From NCBI GenBank assembly GCA_963823665.1, contig CAWGMQ010000010.1, forward strand, positions 256,001 to 320,000: DNA of 64,000 nucleotides. Reading direction: 5' to 3'. A program made the translations under genes and the position numbers. The notes under the pieces are model-generated. The model was given only the letters and a program-made list of their open reading frames with translations, was not told where the DNA came from and searched no databases. The stretch is from an uncultured Planctomycetota bacterium (lineage in GTDB: Bacteria > Planctomycetota > Planctomycetia > Isosphaerales > Isosphaeraceae). This document shows, piece after piece, positions 62,158 through 64,000 of the stretch; position 1 is the first letter of the stretch, and each line of letters begins with the position of its first letter.

Positions 62158-62183
62158 AAATAGCAAGGCCATTGTTGCTATTT
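62158..62183. promoter_or_regulatory. Perfect inverted repeat AAATAGCAA-N8-TTGCTATTT overlapping a candidate minus-strand -35 box
   Basis: Seen directly; on the minus strand TTGCTA-16 bp-GACAAT precedes leader B. Confidence 0.5.
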
Positions 62184-62598
62184 CTCACATGAAAATCTTC
62201 AGACTCTTCGGGTAGTCGCGCATGCGGGCATGAGCTTTCTCGCCGGCCTTTTCGTCGGCGAGGGCAAGTTCGAGCAGACCAGAGACAATCTCGATCTGGA
62301 GCGATGGTTTCGCTTGCCCAAGAGTCACGAGCGGCGAATCCACGGTCATCCCCACGCGGGCATTCGAATCGTTCTCCGCAGGCATCGTCGGCCAGGCCGA
62401 TCGGGAATCCCGTCGAATCTCCCGATCGAGCGTCTCGCATCGACAAATCAAATTATTCTAAATATTTTTTGCGTAGAATCTGCATATTCATTACTTTGGG
62501 CGTGGGAATCGCGTGAGAAGCAAGCTGCGGTCCAGAACGCGACGGGGGGATTTCCCCCTTCGGAATTGTTCCGCGGGTTCACAACACGGAGTGCAGCG

Positions 62599-63354
62599 AT
62601 GATTCGGTTCCTCAGATTCTCCCCGAGAGCGATCAAAGCGACAGCGCTGGCGATGACGGTCCTGGCGGCCTCGGCCTCCTCGACATTCGCTCATGGTGGA
62701 GGCGGTGGCGGTCACGGCGGTGGCAGTCACGGCGGTGGCGGCCGCATGGGCGGCTACGGCGGTGGTTATCGAGGCGGCTACGGTGGAGGCGGCTACGGCG
62801 GTGGTTATCGAGGCGGTTACAACGGCTATGGATACGGCCTCTTCGGTCTCGGGATGGGTGGATACGGCTACGGCGGCTATGGCAGCGGGTATGGCTACGG
62901 CGGCTATGGCAGCGGGTATGGCTACGGCGGCTATGGCAACGGGTATGGCTACGGCGGCTACGGCAATGGATATGGCCTCTTAGGCGTCGGCCTGGGTGGA
63001 TACGGCTACGGCGGCTATGGCAACGGGTACGGCTACGGTGGCTACGGCAATGGATACGTCGGGAACAATTACTATTCGAGTGGCTACAACTCGGCTCCGG
63101 TCGTCAACCAGGCTTCCTCGGCCCCGTACTTGACCACTCAGACCTACGAGCCGGGCGACGGCTACCGTTACCCGCTTTATTACAACCCGGCCACCGGGGG
63201 TCACATCTATTACCCTTCGGCTCCGGTCGTCAACCAGGCTTCCTCGGCCCCGTACTTGACCACTCAGACCTACGAGCCGGGCGATGGCTACCGTTACCCG
63301 CTCTACTACAACGCGGCCACCTCGCGTTACATCTATTACACGGTCGCCCGCTGA
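62599..63354 (+). CDS. Secreted Gly/Tyr-rich low-complexity protein with a duplicated C-terminal module
   Basis: Signal peptide ending STFA; GYGYGGYG(S/N) repeats; 42-aa module twice. Confidence 0.75.
   Translation: MIRFLRFSPRAIKATALAMTVLAASASSTFAHGGGGGGHGGGSHGGGGRMGGYGGGYRGGYGGGGYGGGYRGGYNGYGYGLFGLGMGGYGYGGYGSGYGYGGYGSGYGYGGYGNGYGYGGYGNGYGLLGVGLGGYGYGGYGNGYGYGGYGNGYVGNNYYSSGYNSAPVVNQASSAPYLTTQTYEPGDGYRYPLYYNPATGGHIYYPSAPVVNQASSAPYLTTQTYEPGDGYRYPLYYNAATSRYIYYTVAR
62860..63054 (+). repeat. 27-nt tandem repeats encoding GYGYGGYG(S/N) (4 + 2 copies)
   Basis: GG(G/A)TA(T/C)GGCTACGG(C/T)GGCTA(T/C)GGCA(G/A)(C/T) units. Confidence 0.85.
63091..63339 (+). repeat. 126-nt tandem duplication (63091 and 63217)
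   Basis: TCGGCTCCGGTCGTCAACCAGGCTTCC... occurs twice, nearly identical. Confidence 0.9.
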
Positions 63355-63408
63355 TCGAGCGGAAAAGGGGGACGGCTGGCAACCCCGCCGTCCGACGGCA
63401 CGAGCACG

Positions 63409-64000
63409 CTACCGGCCGTTCCCTCTCGCCGTTACCGGAGTTGTTTCGACTCCCGCGATCTTCTCGGATTGGGCCGGCTCCGTCATTGTCGGGGATGCGT
63501 CCGCGGGCCGCCCATCAACCTCGGCACCCGCGCCGTCCCGGTGATGCTTCAGGAATGGCCCCAACAGTTCCAGCGGCAACGGGAAGATAATAGTGGAATT
63601 CTGATCTGAGGCCACGTCCGCGAGAGCTTGGAGGTAGCGCATCTGCATCGCCATGGGATAGGGAGTCATGATCTGGGCGGCTTGCCGGAGTTTGTCGGCG
63701 GCCTGGAACTCCCCCTCGGCGTTGATAACCTTGGCGCGCCGTTCGCGTTCGGCCTCGGCCTGCCGCGCCATCGACCGCTTCATCGCCTCGGGGAGGTCCA
63801 CGTCCTTGACTTCCACGACGGAGACCTTCACCCCCCACGGCTCGGTGTGCCCATCGATGATCTCTTGCAAGCGGCGGTTCACTTTCTCCCGCTCAGTCAA
63901 GAGGTCATCGAGCTCCGCCTGACCCAGCGTGCTGCGCAATGTAGTCAAGGCCACCTGGGAGGTGGCGAACAAGAAATCGGCCACTTCCAAGACCGATCGC
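63409..64000 (-). CDS. SPFH/stomatin-like (slipin) protein, 5' part outside the window
   Basis: [52 protein letters not shown]. Confidence 0.92.
   Translation of the reverse strand, partial: RSVLEVADFLFATSQVALTTLRSTLGQAELDDLLTEREKVNRRLQEIIDGHTEPWGVKVSVVEVKDVDLPEAMKRSMARQAEAERERRAKVINAEGEFQAADKLRQAAQIMTPYPMAMQMRYLQALADVASDQNSTIIFPLPLELLGPFLKHHRDGAGAEVDGRPADASPTMTEPAQSEKIAGVETTPVTARGNGR

Noticed and set aside
62185..62451. Small minus-strand ORF upstream of leader B
   Set aside because: No recognisable motif or clear RBS; cannot be supported.
62860..63339. CRISPR-like array
   Set aside because: The repeats are contiguous, in-frame coding units with no unique spacers and no cas genes.

Overview
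GC-rich bacterial DNA, almost certainly from a planctomycete (Isosphaeraceae/Singulisphaera-like). The evidence is a DUF1549/DUF1553 + DUF1501 pair, ECF sigma factors with long C-terminal extensions, BlaI/M56, the PVC 'small basic protein' and planctomycete-type LRR and redoxin genes. About a dozen otherwise intact genes carry single-base frameshifts, which suggests long-read consensus error. Bases 1-40 kb are a mosaic of housekeeping genes, small accessory cassettes and internally deleted gene remnants. The cassettes are an MBL hydrolase pair between 14-bp direct repeats and an MNT-HEPN pair. The remnants include a Ser/Thr kinase and a candidate Cys-Sec selenoprotein. Bases 40.4-62.1 kb hold two convergent operons. 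One carries a stress protein, ppk2, manA, HAD-IIB/PMM, GH130, tkt and rpiB. The other carries a hypothetical gene, two near-identical RND permeases, two MFPs, a stress protein, a PAS hybrid kinase and DUF2294. The most notable observation is that both operons begin with the same ~120-nt non-coding leader, which I cannot assign to a known family. It forms a structure-conserving long hairpin that overlaps, and is mutually exclusive with, a strong intrinsic terminator. It is a candidate new attenuator or riboswitch, and the DUF2294 protein is a candidate trans-acting partner. No tRNA, rRNA, CRISPR array or transposase was seen.
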